A stretch of 64,000 nucleotides of DNA from Scyliorhinus canicula (taxonomy: Eukaryota): assembly GCF_902713615.1 (NCBI RefSeq), contig NC_052160.1, forward strand, positions 94,040,493 through 94,104,492, given 5' to 3'. Position numbers and translations under genes: made by a program. The first letter of the stretch is position 1. Every line of letters starts with the position of its first letter. The notes under the pieces are model-generated. The model did no database searches. It was not told the origin of the DNA and saw nothing but the letters and a program-made list of their open reading frames with translations. Of this stretch, positions 62,471 to 64,000 are shown one piece after another.

Positions 62471-62692
62471 GTTTTTTTTTAACAAGTACCCAATTATTTT
62501 TATTCCAATTAAGTGGCAATTTAGCATGACCAATCTACCTACCCTGCACATCTTCAGATTGTGGGGGTGAGACCCACAAAGACACAGGGAGAATGTGCAA
62601 CTCCAAACCGACAGTGACCCCAGGCCAAGATCAAACCCGATTCTCAGTGCCGTGAGGCAGCAGTGCTAACCACTGCACCATCGTGCCGCCCC
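62470..62692 (-). mobile_element. V-SINE-type SINE, A-rich tail
   Basis: Head gggcggcacgatggtgcagtggttagcac, shared core, A-rich end. Confidence 0.85.
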
Positions 62693-62988
62693 TGAATATG
62701 GATTTGGATTTTTGTTTATTGTCACGTGTAGCGAGGTACAGTGAAAAGTATATTTCTGCGAGCAGCTCAACAGGTCATTAAGTACATGACCATAAAAGAA
62801 AAGAAAAGAAAATACATAAGGCAACACAAGGTACACAATGTAATTACGTAACACCGGCATTGGGAGAAGCATACAGTATTAATCAGGTCAGTCCATAAGA
62901 AGGTCGTTTAGGAGCAGTGGCGTGCAGAGGGGGGGGCCAACGGTGCATTGGCCCGGGCATCCATTGGATGGGGGCATCCAATCAGAGA

Positions 62989-63221
62989 TTTTTTTTTTTT
63001 TTTTTTAATTTAGATTACCCAATTATTTTTTTTAATTAAGGGGCAATTTAGCATGGCCAATCCACCTACTCTGCACATTTTTTGGGTTGTGGGGGCGAAA
63101 CCAACGCAGACACGGGGAGAATGTGCAAACTCCACACGGACATTGACCCAGAGCCGGGATCGAACCTGGGACCTCAGTTCCGTGAGGCGGTTGTGCTAAC
63201 CACTAGGCCACCGTGCTGCCC
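62989..63221 (-). mobile_element. V-SINE-type SINE with poly(A) tail nested in the hAT end
   Basis: Flanked by cagaga at 62983-62988 and 63222-63227. Confidence 0.88.
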
Positions 63222-63885
63222 CAGAGAAGGAAATAAGATAGTAATTTTAAAATTTCAGCGGTGATAAATCAATTTTTGGAGGCTCACCACACTGAAGAGG
63301 CAGTTGTTAGCCCTTTATTCCTTTAACATGGTGTACCCTTTCTGTCTAGAGAAAATGGTCCTTCTCCCCATCCCCCCCACACGCATGCGCATGATGTACG
63401 TGGTGCAACCATCAAAAGCAACAAGCAGACGTGGCTGTTCGTTCCTGCGTTTCCTCGAGTCATAACTCGTCTTTTCTTCAGCTTTTTGTGCATCTAGATT
63501 AGTTCTTTTACCTACTCAGGTCAGTGAATAGCTCTAGAACAGGTGCAACTACGGTTTTTATAGGTTTTTTGGCGATATTTAATGAAATATTTACGTGGGA
63601 TGTAGTAAGAGTGAAGCCTGGATGATCAGAGGACTGCTATGGCATTTAATCTCGGAATAGGAGACATTTATTCCTTAACATGCTAATATTCGAATACAGA
63701 TACCACTAATTTGCAAGTCTATGATATAAATTGCACAAAATTATCAGTGGAGAATCAGTGTGAAATAATTTGATACGAAGGAACAAAGAAATGAAATATG
63801 GTTTATCCGTCTGCAACTGACCGATTGTTTACCATTTTCTTCCCATTTTCTCATGCGTCTTATGGTTTTTGAGATAGAAAATGAA

Positions 63886-64000
63886 ATGTTACGAGTATTT
63901 CGTGTACAACCGAGTGGAGCACAGAACAGGAAAAAAAAGAGGGCCAGAGTCGAAGAAGAGTCCCATCAAAGAGGGGCATTAGATGCATGGATAAAAAGAA
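63886..64000 (+). CDS. Probable N-terminus of a hAT transposase (partial)
   Basis: MLRVFRVQPSGAQNRKKKRARVEEESHQRGALDAWIKR resembles the 'SGAQKRKKK...GALDKF' start of Tip100/ZMYM1-like transposases; only 38 codons visible. Confidence 0.55.
   Translation, partial: MLRVFRVQPSGAQNRKKKRARVEEESHQRGALDAWIKR

Larger units (their letters stand above)
62915..64000 (+). mobile_element. Left end of a hAT (Tip100/ZMYM-like) DNA transposon, running off the window
   Basis: CAGTGGCGTGCAGAGG terminus; downstream ORF start typical of hAT transposases. Confidence 0.65.

Overview
Vertebrate genomic DNA, most likely from a cartilaginous fish (shark or catshark, inferred from the repeat families). It is dominated by nested transposable elements and I found no convincing host protein-coding exon. 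Retroelements: decayed CR1, L2 and L1 LINEs; tRNA-derived V-SINE/HE1-type SINEs with three different tails; a DeuSINE; Penelope-like termini with hammerhead-ribozyme motifs; two decayed Ty3/Gypsy relics; and a near-complete Gypsy element (47644-53149) with no tRNA primer site. DNA transposons: a decayed PIF/Harbinger element (Myb/SANT gene plus transposase), many Harbinger-type MITEs with 3-bp TSDs, and the left end of a hAT element. The most unusual feature is a very young LTR element (17719-21852; 316-bp LTRs with 1 mismatch, 5-bp TSD, tRNA-Leu-like PBS, PPT). Its only cargo is an intact 1008-aa Gag-derived, repeat-expanded, disordered protein, with no protease, RT, RNase H or integrase. Several AT-rich, TAAT-dense unique islands look like developmental enhancers. 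All calls were made by eye, and the boundaries of old elements are approximate.
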